NCBI GenBank assembly: GCA_030141605.1
Contig: JAQGDQ010000744.1
Location: forward strand, 39,110-103,109
Origin: Tubiluchus corallicola
Lineage: Eukaryota; Animalia; Priapulida
DNA: 64,000 bases
Direction: 5' to 3'
Positions 37,929 through 51,565 of the stretch are shown one piece after another (the first letter of the stretch is position 1; each line of letters begins with the position of its first letter). The notes under the pieces were generated by a model. That model did not search any database, was not told the origin of the DNA, and was given only the letters and a program-made list of their open reading frames with translations. Position numbers and translations under genes: made by a program.

Positions 37929-40177
37929 ATGTCTGGGAATAGGGAAGACGACAAAGTTGTACCACCTAGAAAACGGCAGAAAACTTTAGACTTTTTTATC
38001 CAAGGAGGAAGTAAAAAGGAATCAGCATGTAAAGATGCAGAAGACGAGAAACAACTGAAGTCTTCTACTCAGAACATAAGAGCAAATGACTTGGGGCCTG
38101 TGTCTGAGAAACCACGGCAACCACACATGACGAAATATCCGAAAACTGGCCAAGGAAAGAATGCTCGTTCTTTTCAGTATAGTTGGTTCGGGAGACACTC
38201 ATGGCTGGAGTACTCGAAGCAGACAGACGCAGCATTTTGTTTTGCATGCAGGCATTTTGGTAAACAAAGACAGATTTCTTGGACTGAAGTCGGATTTAAA
38301 AAATGGAAAGATGCAATGCATGATATGCAAAAGCACGACACGAAGAGACGGAATCACACAAGGACAGCATGTCAATGTGGGCCGTCTTCAAAAGCAGTAG
38401 CAAAACAGGTGACATTCAAAAACGGATGGAACTTGCGTACGCAAAACAGGATGAGGAAAAAAGACAGTACGTACGCAGAATTATAGCTACTGTAGAACTG
38501 TGCGCAAAACAGTGTCTTCCCCTGCGTGGTCACATCGAAACAGAAGTCAGCTCGGCCAAAGGAAATTTTCTTGAACTGCTCGCATATCTGAAAAAGTTTG
38601 ATCCATTTCTGCAAACTTACACTCCACCAAAGAATGCCACGTATACGAGTGGGAAAATTCAAAACGAGGTCTTAGATATTATGTCTCATGAAATTCTGTC
38701 AGAAGTGGTTCAAAGAGTGAAGAAGTCGGGGTGTTATGCAATCATGGCAGATGAAGCAAGAGATGGAAGGAGAGAATTGCTAGCACTGTGTGTGAGATTT
38801 CTCAATGTTGACAACGGTAATGTAGAGGAACATTTCGTAGGTTTTGACAGGTTAGAAGCGTTTGATGCCAATTCAATCACGCAGCATATCATGAAGTGCC
38901 TTGATAAACTGAAGATTGACGTGGCTACGTGTGTGGCACAGAGTTACGATGGCGCTAGTGTGATGAGTGGCACTGACGGCGGCGTTCAAGCCAAATTCAG
39001 AGAAACTAATGAGGCTGCGGTGTATGTCCACTGTTACGGACATCAACTCAACTTGGTCATTAGACACACGTGCAAATGTGTTCCGGAGGTCAAAGACTTC
39101 TTCAGTACAATGGAAAATGTATACACATTCTTCAAAAAGTCACTAGTCTGACACGGAATGTTGGAAGAAGTTAAAAGAGAACTGGGATTGTCAGGCGTCG
39201 GCGAATTAACACAGATATCAGAAACAAGGTGGGCGTGTCAAATCAGAGCATGCAAAGCAATGAAGAAGAACTACAAGGCGGTAGTTCAATGTTTGGAAGG
39301 AATTGATGAGCCCGTTGCAGTTGGGTTGCTACAAAAACTGATCCGAAAAAAGTTTGTGTACTGTTTGTTTCTTTTTGAGATGCTACTCGGTACATGTGAA
39401 GTGTTGCACAAATTCCTCCAAAAAACGGACATCGATTTACTTCAGGCTGAAACGTACAAAAATGACGTGTGCGAGGAGTTGAGATCATTGCGTGACGTTG
39501 ACAAATCAAACGAACTGGTGGCCAATGTCGAAGCTTTTGTCAGTGACCTTGATGTCGAACTAACCACTGAGCGCAAACGGCAGAATAAACCGAGGAGTGG
39601 CTTGCACGATTTTTTTGTCACTGCAAACATTGGATTTGCAAATAGCGTCTTGGGTGATAATGTAGACCTTCATCGAAACATCATGCTGCCATGTGTCGAT
39701 AGAATCGTAGCAGAAATCGAGGTGCGATTTTGTTCACTTGATCCTGAAATTCTCCGTGGAGTATCAGCACTTCACCCAACATCTGAAAATTTCTTGAGTA
39801 TTGAGGATCTGACAAGTTTTGCTGAACACTACAATATTCAGACTGACATGCTAAAAACAGAGACTGTGATGGCCAAAAGAGTACTTGGTCGAGTTGAGGA
39901 ACCAACAATATTATCCCTTTGGAAGGTGCTCGACGGTGATTTGTTTCCCATTCTAAAACGTGTTCTTCAGATTGGAGTCACTATTCCAGTCACTAGCTGC
40001 TCATGTGAACGGTGTTTCAGTGTTTTGCGAAGGTTGCATTCGTGGCTCTGTCGAACAATGAGGGAGGAACGGTTAAATCATTTGGCAGTCATTCACATTG
40101 AGCGAGATGTGTACGATGAGTGTGTGTCGGAAAACAAAGTCATCGACACGTTTTTAGCAAAAGACCTGCGACGTTAA
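37929..40177 (+). pseudogene. hAT transposase pseudogene (TTF-type zinc finger, DUF4371-like region, hAT dimerisation domain)
   Basis: WLEYS...AFCFAC, LPLRGH, GNFLELL, MADE, QSYDGA, HCYGH, ETRW, SCERCFS; one frameshift near 38334-38343 and one in-frame TGA at 39149-39151. Confidence 0.92.
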
Positions 40178-40737
40178 AATTATGACACATACTTAAACTT
40201 GACATAATAATGTAATATTTCCTGCGTATTATTTTCTTAAAATTTGTGTATGATAAATTTTTGTAAATAACAATTTAGTAAATAATTTTTGTAAATAACA
40301 TAAAAATTAAACTTAACACAATAATATAATATTTCCTGCGTTTTATTTTCTTAAAATTTGGGTATGATAAATTTAACGTTAGGTTAACTGAGAGGCCTGC
40401 ATGCAGTATAAAAGGGGTTAAAAATTGGCTTAACGACTTCGGATACCTCGCCCCCCCCCCGAAAATTTTTGCGCCCCCCTGCTTGCCACATCTAGTTCCG
40501 CCCCTGATAGTTGGCAATCTCTAACTTTGCATAAATTTTCATAAACTAAAAGAAACTAGGCACACAGACTTTACACCAAAATATCCAAAAATGACAGATA
40601 AGTCCAATTAATCAAGTGAGTTGTGCCTAAAATCACAGTAGTGACATTTATTCAGGTGTATTACTTTAGATGAATCTATAGTATACACGTATATAAGTAC
40701 GTGTATAAGCCCCATACCATACCAGAAACCCATATAA

Positions 40738-41068
40738 TATAGGCGCTATTACACTTTCGCACCGCCTAGCTTTTTCTAGGTTATTACTCGTTTTTAGGCT
40801 CGTAAGTCAGCATTCTATTATTCTTACGTCATCAGTGAATGTTTCCGCTAATCTAATTGTAATTTAATAATATATTTAGGTATAATTACCAATAATTACG
40901 CTGTATTCACAGTTCTACACCTATACAGGGCGTATCGCCATCTTGTTTGTGTGTGTAGTCACGTGACGAATTTCGTTGGTCTGATTTCTGGCCTGCAGGC
41001 GTGAAAACAACAAATACGGCAATAGGCCAAGAAAAGCTAGGCGGTGCGAAAGTGTACTAGCGTCTATA
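40738..41068. mobile_element. MITE with about 37-bp inverted termini
   Basis: TATAGGCGCTATTACACTTTCGCACCGCCTAGCTTTT ... AAAAGCTAGGCGGTGCGAAAGTGTACTAGCGTCTATA. Confidence 0.75.
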
Positions 41069-43439
41069 ATATATATTAGACGTCACGTATATAGACCATT
41101 GCTATGGTACTTTCTGACTGTTAAGCCTAATTCTACTCAAACCAAAATGAAAAAACTAAGTTACTGTAGGAACCATTACTTTATTACAAATACAATGTAC
41201 GAAAACAAACCATTAATTGCCTGACTTGTCGTTAGCCTGAACGGCATGACAAGTATAGCAAATGACGCATATAACGTGCATAAAGCTTCCATGTTTAATC
41301 AGTCAGATGTTAAATAAATTATGATTATAACTTAGAATTTTAATTAATTGCTACAACGTTGCCATGAGGTAAAAGCCGCAGAACTGCAGAAACTACAACG
41401 AGCACGTGGTCGAGTGTTTGGCGCTGCTAACTCACTACGGTAGCGCAAGCGAAAGAAAGATTTTTGGGGAAATTCAGTTCATGCCAGATTTGTTGACTTG
41501 CTCTGAGCGTGATAATGGTTATTATAGTGGCACCTAAAGCGTATGCCAATAGTTAACGCATCTACATCGTCCAGTACAAGACCAGTCAACGTAAGGGATT
41601 ATGCTGTGGAAGCGTGAGGAAATGAATACATGTATGTGCCCTGACATCCAAATACCACAATTTATCATTATATATCAGCCTTCAATCAGGGCAGTTTATA
41701 CACTTGAGGTAATTCTACTATGGTTGCATACGCCAGGTTGCACGTGGCTTTCTCTCTCTCTTCTCTCTTTGTAGTGGTTATCCCCCTTATTCAATGCTAC
41801 ACTACACACTAGTAGTTTAATGCTTATTTAAATGATTGCATATTAGTGAATAACAGCAGCTGTAATGTCTTATTTACTCTATTTAATGTGATTAATTGAT
41901 CATGACAGTCATAATACTCTATAGGGTGTCACATACATGCGAGAAGTTTTATTATTGGTTATAATACTACGAAGTCGGAAGACAGTCAGATGAAAAGTAG
42001 AGCACCTCCCTTTGAACAATTAGTTGGAGTTAAGTTTCCCGGTTCTCATGATGTTCAACACAATTTGTCCGACTCGATTCAATTTTGTCTTCTGATTATG
42101 TCGGTCATGCAAACAATTCATCCGATTTCGTCCGACTTTATCCGACAGTCCGATTTGTCGTAGCATGTAAACTAAGCATTAGATGTTCGACATTCGCCTT
42201 GAGTACAGTGATGTTTTGTACTAAATTCCCTGATGGTGTTTGTTGTCACCATGCAGTGATGCCTTGGCTTTCAAGGTTTTTAAAAATATTCTCTGCAATA
42301 CTAATAATTTTAAGTCAGAAAATTCTACAGGTAAGATGCCCAAAATTTAACGATGAGAGTGGATTTATGCGCAGCCGCCCTGTCCCTTTGGAATGTCCAG
42401 GTGAGACTATAATAATATCAGCAGCAACAGTGAAGCATATAGGTATTATGAACAAATTGTTCGCACCACCAGTGGCTCCACTACCACCATCACACCATCG
42501 TCACTACTGCAATTACCACAACTACCAAGCATACAATCAAAACACAATTAAGTTGAAATGAACACAAAACAAGAATGCCAACGATGATGATGACGATGAC
42601 GACGACGACAACAACAGCAACATGAAAAATGACAAATACATATTTGTCATGTATTTATTAACAGAATTAATCAAAAGTCAGACTGCAGAAAACATGAACA
42701 GAACTGGATCGTGCATTTCTGCAGGAACACCACTTTACCGTACATACCTAAGTTAAATTTTGAATATGTGGATGACATCCTAGTTTAGCTGAAACAAAAT
42801 ATGTAATCAATTCAAACATTAAATTCAATGATGTAAATTCAAAGGTGACAGTAAGCATTCAACCAGAACATACAAAGATTTACCTACACCTTAAACACAG
42901 CTGACCAATTATCTTGCTTACTGAATCAAAAACTATTAGAAAACATACAAACTTAGCAGTCATATTGCAGGTATCATACTCTGCTTCCCGTTATTAGAGC
43001 TTATTGAGGCTCACATAATAAAACTCAACTTTTTAAAATTCGTTCAAATAATTTTTCCATTTCAACTGCCTGAAGCTGCATGCATGGCTACTAGATACGT
43101 TTCGCTGAAACATTGTTTATGCAAGTATTGTGAGCAAGAGAGATTCTCAACTGATTGACAGTCAATGACTGAACAATACATTGATGCAATAAAGTACTCT
43201 GTACTACCGTCGTTTTTGCACCCCTTTCCCACCAAAAAATTACACCAAGTATTGTTATTAACTTTTGATGGATTGACAGTAAAATGGCAATTACTGTGAA
43301 TATTGTCTAAACTCAAGTAGCAGTTCATTTTTTTGGACAGTCTTATTAATTATTGATTTAGTAATGCAATAGTTTTAATAAAGTTTTACAATAAGATAAT
43401 GTTTTACAGCAGTAAGAAATGGGCATAGCATAAAATTTT

Positions 43440-43560
43440 CTTTTCCCTATGGGGATGGCGTCGTAAATAAAATCTCGAATAAAATGGCGGGTAAATGCTT
43501 TTCTCGCCAGGTGTCACGCAGTCCATATGGATACAGGCTGAGAGGAGTAAAACTTCGTTT
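43440..43560 (+). promoter_or_regulatory. Candidate promoter/first exon region of the plus-strand Tudor gene
   Basis: Local CpG enrichment; YY1-like AAAATGGCGG followed by a possible donor GTAAAT; lies between the divergent genes. Confidence 0.3.
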
Positions 43561-46500
43561 ATCACATCACATGGCTTGCTGTGTTTTGGGCAAAAGTTTC
43601 AGTGTTTTACCTTGCTAAATTCGTTAATATACACATGATGCAAGTTTTCTGGCGACGGATTTAATCACTCACACAAAAAAGAGCAGAGTTTGTGTAAGTA
43701 GCAAAAGTAACTTTGTAAAATCAAGACAGGGTAATAATTTTTACACACAATCCCTCAGTGGCGATGAGAAGTAGTCAGTTCTTGAAACATTAATTTATGA
43801 TGGTGTCCGTTATGCGAACTCAAACAGCTGAAATTTCTGATTCTGAAATGATGCACATGCCACAAACCACTGCTTTATGACAAGAACTTTCTGTATGATA
43901 AAACCCGAACTTATTAGCATGTCAGAATGGATTTATTCTTTGCTTTTGCATATCAGTTTGCTTACAGTATAATAATTAGTATACTCGAAAACATAAATAC
44001 ACGTGTAAAATGGTTAAATTTACATTAGCATACAGCTCTGAAAATTTCTATCAATTTCAAATACACTTTGGCACACTCCAACCTGGAATTCAGCTTTTGA
44101 AGTCGTGGTCTACACAATAGAGTGTTTGTGATGTGACTGGAGGCTGGCTCATTACCAATCCAAGATGAGTAACATCTGTCATCTATGACATAAGCAGCCA
44201 AGGTTTGCAATGATACTGTCCAGAGCGAGTATCGAACCCTTGTCAGTCATATTCTACTCGCATGAAAGTGTGTGTGCCAGTCCAGTAAGCCGTGAACCCT
44301 GAGCATATTTAAAATTTTTGATGTGTTTCACGTTGTAGGACTTTTTTGGGAAGTGATCATTTTATCCAAATTTACATGGTTACTGTGAACAGGTAGTCTG
44401 GATTTTATAAATGAAAGTTACATCTGACAGGCTAACCACTGAAACGTTGTGCATATTTTTAAATCCTGTTTGATCCTTACATAATTTTTTAATGCAAGAT
44501 TTTGCTAACTAAAGGATAATTACTTTGTGCTCAGCATGATGCATTGCTACTTATTGATGCTAATAGGCTGTAAAACTGTCAATGGATTGAGCATTGTATC
44601 ATATTTGCTACTATTTTGCAGGAGAAAATGTAGGTTTTGATGTATGGTTAATTGTTAGGGTTAATTAAACTAGAGAAAAACAAAAAGGCTGTTCTCACAT
44701 TGTTAGGCTCATACAGGAAGTTTTAGGATGACACATTGTAGGTGATGTTTTGAAGTCTCTTCTACAACTAGTAACTGTTTTGCCTATTAGACCTAAATAG
44801 ACCTATTAGACCTGTTTGTTTCCGATTTGCTGTCATTTTACACTATGAGTAGGGTAACTACTTTTTTGTTTACTTTTTGTCGTGTGACTATGTTGTTATG
44901 ACTTTTCCAAATCTTTTAATCATTAGATTATACATCTAATTTTGATTAGTTAACCACTTTTTTCACATAAATAATTTGTTTAAAAGTGTAGTTTTTTATT
45001 AAAAAATAGTAATTCATTTCTAACTAATTAATAAGAGATAAATATAAACATGTGTCTTTGTTGTTTTTCTTCGGTTTTTATTGTTAGTACTAACTTGCAA
45101 AGTGAATTTGCATTATGTAACCACAGCTGTAACACATTGATAAACTAGGGACAATCTTGCATTGCATAACTGAACCAGTTTCTTATGTGTCTGACCTCAA
45201 TGAGTTCTGTTCATTGGTCACTCAAAAGGTGCTAGTTAAGAAACTGTGTTTGCCAGACAGCCCAAACTTTCTTACTTTATGTTTACTCTAACTATGACCT
45301 AAAAGCACAAAGGTTTGGGTTGGAATCCTGACTGACTTTATTTTTTTCAGAACTTTCCTCTTTCTAAATTTGAATAACTGATCTTACTTTTATGCAACAT
45401 CAAAATTTCTGCTTAAATATAGATAAATATACAAAGCTGTTCATTTTCCTTCTGACATAATTGGGCCAAATAACAACTCGTGTCCGCATTTTGCTGATGA
45501 CTTTGTTGCAATTGTAGTAACAATCGCTGTCATAACTAGTGTCATGAGTAACACTGTGCAGGCTGCAGCTGTATCTGATAGCTACTGGGATATCAATTTA
45601 CAAGTTGTGGATGAGCACTGGTCATTTAGTGTTTACATTATAGAAGCAGCTGTACAAACTGGTCAACAATCTGCCCTTGGCAGGCTAATTTCATTTGGGT
45701 AAACGTAAAAAAATAACTTGAGTCTCGCACAAAATGGTATTGTGGGTCGGCAACCTGAAAGAAACGTAATTTTTTTCTAGGCTTTATATATAGAGCTACT
45801 GCAGAATAAACATCGTGTCAAGAATGCTGTGTAGTCATATTTTGCTAAGTTTGTATCGTTTTGATCACACCTTGAAATAACATTAGTTTTGTAGTGTAAG
45901 TTTTACCAGTCATACTAATACTAGTACTAGCCATACTATGGCTGCTCTAGTAGGGCTGCTTCCACACAGGGTTTGAAAAAAAATTGTAAATAATTCCATC
46001 CATGTTTCTATTGAAGTTGCGCCTATATGTATTTTTAATTCACGCTTGTGTGTGATAAACTAACTACAGTAGCGCAACTAAAAGTTAGAAGAAAAGGCTA
46101 ACTTAGGAAAATGAACTGAATATTAAATACACATATATGGAACAATGTGAAGAGGACACAGATAGTTACATGTATAACAAGTTACCTTTCTTTGAGGTTG
46201 CCTTAAATAATCATAATAGCTTTTCTGTATGATAACAAGGCATTAGACTAATTAAACTGGAAATATTTTTTTTTAAAAAGGTATTAGATTTTAAATCTAG
46301 TTTTGACCTCAGGCACATATCTTGTTGGGTATTCTTTTCTATTTTTATGTGCTATAACACACGACAAAGCGGAATCCAGGAGTCAGTGCTTGAGCTTGTG
46401 CAATGCACTTTTGATTGTGTAAGGACCGGAACATAACTGTTTCATAACTGTTTTTAAGGGTTTTTAAGATGAGTTTCAAGTGAATTGGCAGAGGCATTTT

Positions 46501-46960
46501 GGTTATGTTTGGATGTTCATGCATCCTCCCCCAGTGACCAGAAGCAGTGAACCTGTTGGTCAACTATTCGTTCCTTAATTTACTAACTTGACTTGGCATT
46601 GCTCAACTTTGGTCAGTAAGCTCATATTGTTATCGCATGCACCTAGATGTATTTGCTGCATAAATCTGTACATATACGAGTAAGCTATCTGTTCTTTATA
46701 AATCTCAAAATAATTCTGTAAATAGCAGATTCTTTAAATCTGGTTCTGTAAATAGAATTCTTGTTTTCGAGCAATTTGCATATGTTGTTGCGTGACATGT
46801 TTCTAACTTCTAAGTTATGGCTTCCGTTTGATTTTAAAATAAAACGTTTTTACAATTTTCACCCTAACAACGATTTATTGTAGATTTGCATCATAATTTT
46901 TGTTTTCTTCCATAGTTTCAGTTTGTTGGATCGAAAAGTTTTATGGAGGATTGTTGAAAT

Positions 46961-47089
46961 ATGTCATCATCTGGGAAGAAAAAGTCGAAGCGTTTGGAAG
47001 AAGCGAAAGCGCGACTCCGAGAGAAACTCCATGGCGTGATGGCAGAGAAAGAGGCTATTGAGAAATATTTGCTCGAAATGATTGAACTG
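46961..47089 (+). CDS. Tudor-domain gene, first coding exon (coiled-coil-like)
   Basis: Acceptor tttcag at 46921; in-frame TGA just before the ATG; MSSSGKKKSKRLEEAKARLREKLHG...EMIEL|gtaaac, phase 0 matches the next exon. Confidence 0.75.
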
Positions 47090-48271
47090 GTAAACTAGTA
47101 AATATAATTTTTTTGTATTTAGCTCTTTATTCAGGCCAAATTTGGCAACAGGTTTAGCAATCCAGTGTTGCAGTTTTGTATTCATTCTGCAATTTGCATT
47201 TTGCTCATGGCTGATTCAGCTTCTGTTGGTCATTAGGGTATGTAGTTGCTAGTGCTGCTTCTGCTATGATCATGAACGTTTTCTGTACCAGACAAAGCAA
47301 ATTGGGCAACCTACTTACATGTTTAATAAAAACAAATTACTCTGTATCTAGAAATGTCTGACCAGCGTAGCACAATAACAATTCAATGAGAAAGGTTTCT
47401 TCTGCCGTATTCCAATTCATACCAGCTAGTTAGCTAGATTTTGGTGTGATGGCTTTGTACATGACGGACATGTGTGAATGACTGCTTGCGCAATTCCTAT
47501 GTGACATTTTCCCCGATGACTTCTTCACTATGAGATTTTCCCGATCAAAGGTCTGAATTTTTTTGTGCGACTTATGCACATACTTAATAATCTAAGCACA
47601 TGATACTCATTACTCTTAGTTTAAGTTTAGAATTTCAACTCTTTTTCAAATCCTTCACAGCATATTTAGCTCATGTGTAGTGAAATGCTGCTATAATATT
47701 TGAAACTTTATTTGTTTTTAATATTTATGATCCTATTACATGTATTTGTAAACAAATTGTTTACAATTTTGTTAGTTTAGAAGGAATATTACATTCGTTG
47801 TACAAACTCACATTATCTGAGTCCATTGTACATATGCTGCAAATTTGTTCTCTCCTTTTACGGTTTTCAAAACCAAAATATCAAATACCCTTAAGCTATG
47901 TTAAATTTAATTGGATGTGGAGTGGAACTGAGGACAGAAAATGTTTGCAAGGTTTTACTGTATTTCTCAATTTGGTTCATACAGTACTAGTCACTATGTG
48001 TTCACTTATTAGCTAATACTCAGCGAGAGATACTACACTGTTTGTCTATATAAAGATGTTGTATTTTTCCCTTAAATTGGCAAGAAAAACCAGTTTTGGG
48101 ATTATGTGCGACTGTAAATGTTTTTTCTGCACCTGAACCAGGAAATAAGTCCTTTAATTTAAATGTACGACTAGTTTCTCTTATTGCCTTTGTTGGGATA
48201 CTGTACTATGGTCATAGATCATAGTACTTCGCAGTTCATGCTTTCAGCACGTGAATTGCATGTCCTCTGGT

Positions 48272-49738
48272 TTATGCCACGTTTTCCAAAGTCAGTCTGC
48301 CAGATTTACATAGCAGGAGGTGCCTGAGTGCAGTTCTTAGCTCACGATTCTTCCAGGCATAGATCACTGGATTCAGCAGTGGATTTGTAAACAGCAGCAC
48401 ATAAACAAGATTCATCACGTGGTCATTCCTCTCTTGCGACGGTTCTGTCGCCACTATCGACAGAATGTTCATCGGCAGCCAGCACACGGCAAATGTTCCC
48501 ACGACGATCAGCATCAGGTTGGCCGTACGCATGTTCTGTGAAAAGTTGATGTCCTGCTGCATGGCATGATTGATCTGCAGCATGTGGCGTCGAGCAACTA
48601 TCAGAATTCTCGTGTACACAACCAATATTGTCGTCATAATTATGATAAAGTTAGCATTGTGTATGTGTACCAGGTAAGGATTGATCAGCTTGAAGTAGTC
48701 GCAGTCACCAGCAACAAATTCCCACCGATTCTCGTACATCATAAACAGTCCCATCACAATGGAATAGATCCAAGTAGCAGTTATAACTCGCTTGACTCTA
48801 GTTGACTTTACTATTCTCCGGTACCGCAATGGGTATATAATTGCTACGTATCGATCGAGTGTAACAATCAACAACATTGCAAGTGATTCGGTTCCCAGGC
48901 ATTGTACTACGATATACGAACCAAGGCAAAGTTCTTTAGTGATTGGAACATCGTACTTTTCTATAATAACAAAAATTGTCTTTAATTGCAAAAGAGTCAA
49001 ACCGGGAAACATTTTGATTTTTTCTGAGAAACATGGTTTACTTTGTATGTACATTGTTTTTTATTTAATATGTATGCTGTAGTGGAAGGAGACAAGTTAC
49101 AGTTTAATCATTTGTTCGCTGAATCTACAAACTTAAGGTTACTTCACATTTAGTTCACGGTGTCTTGTTCACTGCTGAGGATAAACGGTTGTTTTTTTTT
49201 TGTTTTGATGTAGCCGAGTTTGAACATGATTTGAAAGCCCAAACTGGCTGTTTTTGTTACATGCTATTTTTGTATATTGGCTAGAAAACTTGCAACACAT
49301 TATACTTTTACAGTCGTAGTTTCATGTAACTTAACCTAGCAATAGAAAAGTCAGTCTATCTTACAAACCGACTCATTTATTTTAAAAGTGCATTTGTACT
49401 GTGTAACACCAAAAACCATCATCCAATCAGCCCCTGCCCCCATATCCAAACTTACCTGTGATTAATGAATTGATGGTAGCTAGTGTCACGCCCATGAGCA
49501 TGTCGGTGATGGACAGGTTACAGATGAACCAGTTGTTTGTCACATGCAGCTGAGTGTACCGTATGATGGCGACAATCACTAACAGGTTCAAGAGCGCTGT
49601 TGAAAGTGCCAGTAGGTAGAAGATCACATCGAATGTGACCGTGATAGCTGTGATTTGCATGGTAATATTTGTGATGGCAGCTGTGACATTTGCTGTGTCC
49701 CTCGTTGGTTTTAGAATGTTTTCTGTCTCCATCATCAT
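48272..49738 (-). CDS. Two-exon class A GPCR (about 323 aa; exons 49738-49456 and 48960-48272), nested antisense in a Tudor-gene intron
   Basis: Exon 1 carries TM1-TM2 (LLNLLV, NLSITDML) with donor gtaagt, phase 1; exon 2 after ttattatag gives C3.25, DRY, CWLP, NPLLNPVIY. Confidence 0.92.
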
Positions 49739-50733
49739 TTCCAGAGTACTGTTAAAGATGGCAGCTATCCATATTTTGTTGAAAGATCAAAATCAAAACA
49801 TAGTTTGCAAAATAACCGTGAGTGTGCCTTCAGGCCGCAGTTGTGGAAACATCGACAGTGGCAGTGATTCTGTGTGCGCTTTGCCAGCAACCCTGTTTTC
49901 TACAATGGATTTGTGCAGGGTCTAACCTTTTAATTTTGCCAGTCTGTTTGCTAATTTGTTTGTGTGTCTAATTTAAAGTTGGCTGAAAGTGATGCATGTT
50001 TTGTCTGTGTGAATCTTAGTGCATTTTTCCGTCGATAAAACTACATTTGTGACTAGTTTATTTATATCATACTTTGCAATGATTTTGTTCTGCTATTAGT
50101 CTACGCTACATTGTTCATTTTTTGCAGTGTGTAACGATTTTTGTGTGGGACTTGTTTTTGCACAATGTCGTGTGTTGTATTAAATTAAAATGCCTAGTAA
50201 TTGAAAAAAATCTTTGTAAACTGAACAGAAATTTACCAGCAATTTTTACGGAGAAAGAGTGGTTGGCAGATTAAACATCTATAGACAATTGCTTATATAT
50301 TGAGATGCTGAGTAGAGCATTTCCTAGATTAGATCACTAGGTAGAGTTTTAGAAAACATGGTGACTACTCAACGACTAAATTCAAATAGTTGTGTCCATG
50401 ACTCATGATACACCATGTTTTATCCAGATTTAATCTAAATTTAGGATCAGGCAATGTGATATTGAAAGTCTACATTGTGCTAGAATTAAGTCTAATATTT
50501 CTACATTGTGCAAGAATTAACAAAAACTGCTTTTCCTTGTCAGCTTGTACTTGGACATCTTGGCCTCGTCACAAAAATTTTCTCCCGAACAATGCTTACG
50601 AGTTTGGTCACGTATTGTTAACATAGAATTTGCAAGGGAAAATTGTTAATGAAGGATGTTTGAAAATAGAATGGGATATCTTGATTTAGTTAAAGTTTTC
50701 GTTTTTGTTGATGAATTACTTTTTTTCTTGCAG

Positions 50734-50890
50734 TCCGTGAATCGTGCCCAGACATTGCTGGACGAAAGCGATGCATCTCGCTTCTTCGCCGATTTTTCTG
50801 GTGTAAATCAGCAGCTGGAAAATTGCATTAATAAATTGTTTCTGATTCGCTCTTCCATAGAACAAGACGAGGAAAGCGATGAAGATGAAG
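50734..50890 (+). CDS. Tudor-domain gene exon
   Basis: ttcttgcag/gtaatc, phase 0-1; SVNRAQTLLDESDASRFFADFSGVNQQLENCINKLF...EESDEDE. Confidence 0.8.
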
Positions 50891-51257
50891 GTAATCTGCA
50901 TTGTCTAAAATTCACTTTTTGTTTTACGGTAATGCAAATACAATAGCATTTTTTGTGGATGTTGTTGATAGAAGTGTTCATTACTTGTTTATTACCGACT
51001 TTCTATTTTGTTGCTGCTGGATGCATGAATACGTTACAGTTTTATTTCAAAATAGAAATGAGGTGCGGAAATATGGCTCAGTTAGTTTTTCTGGAGAAAT
51101 TTTTGCTCATTTGTTCGGATCTGAACTTAAGTGCAAACTTGTACTATGTTTAACCATGTTTTGCAATATCATTGTAGAAGGTTTTCGGGTACTTGCCATA
51201 CCTTCCATTGTACCTGTGCATGCAGTGACTGAATGTGCAAATCGTTTGTTCTTTTAG

Positions 51258-51565
51258 TTACTGAGGAAAAAGCTGCCAATACTCAGCCCAGCTGTGTTGC
51301 CATGGAAATGGAAAATGCAAGTAGAGTGGCTCCGCATCATGTAGCAGTACATCACAGTGTTCCAAATCAGAGCCTTTCGTCCGAGAATCTCTCTGCAAGT
51401 CTTTGTAAAGCTGTTGTGTCATCGACTGCTGTCGGTCCACAAGGTGATGCCACCGTTGTTCAGAACCAGAGCATTTCTGGCAGCGAAGATTCTCGTCAGG
51501 TGGCGTTAGAAAAAGCACTCAGGATCCAACAGGATGCTGCTCTTGCACATATGCAGGCACAAGAG
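51258..51565 (+). CDS. Tudor-domain gene exon
   Basis: cttttag/gtatgt, phase 1-0; TEEKAANTQPS...LAHMQAQE. Confidence 0.8.

Larger units (their letters stand above)
37169..40506 (+). mobile_element. Full-length hAT DNA transposon (ZMYM1/Blackjack-like transposase)
   Basis: Perfect 15-bp TIR CAGGGGCGGAACTAG; perfect 8-bp TSD ATAGTTGG at 37161-37168 and 40507-40514. Confidence 0.95.

Noticed and set aside
39149-39151. Programmed readthrough or selenocysteine at the transposase TGA
   Set aside because: A second lesion (frameshift) is present and a CGA>TGA mutation is the simpler explanation; no SECIS noticed
43062-43328. Cys-rich ORF with CKNDG resembling EGF
   Set aside because: Cysteine spacing is wrong and no convincing splice sites
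41400-45330. Isolated A-box/B-box-like motifs (about 41405, 44230, 45320) suggesting tRNA genes
   Set aside because: No cloverleaf can be formed; at most decayed SINE heads
48961-49054. N-terminus MYIQSKPCFSEK... of ORF 48272-49054
   Set aside because: Intronic read-through; the acceptor at 48961-48963 joins TM1-TM2 from the upstream exon
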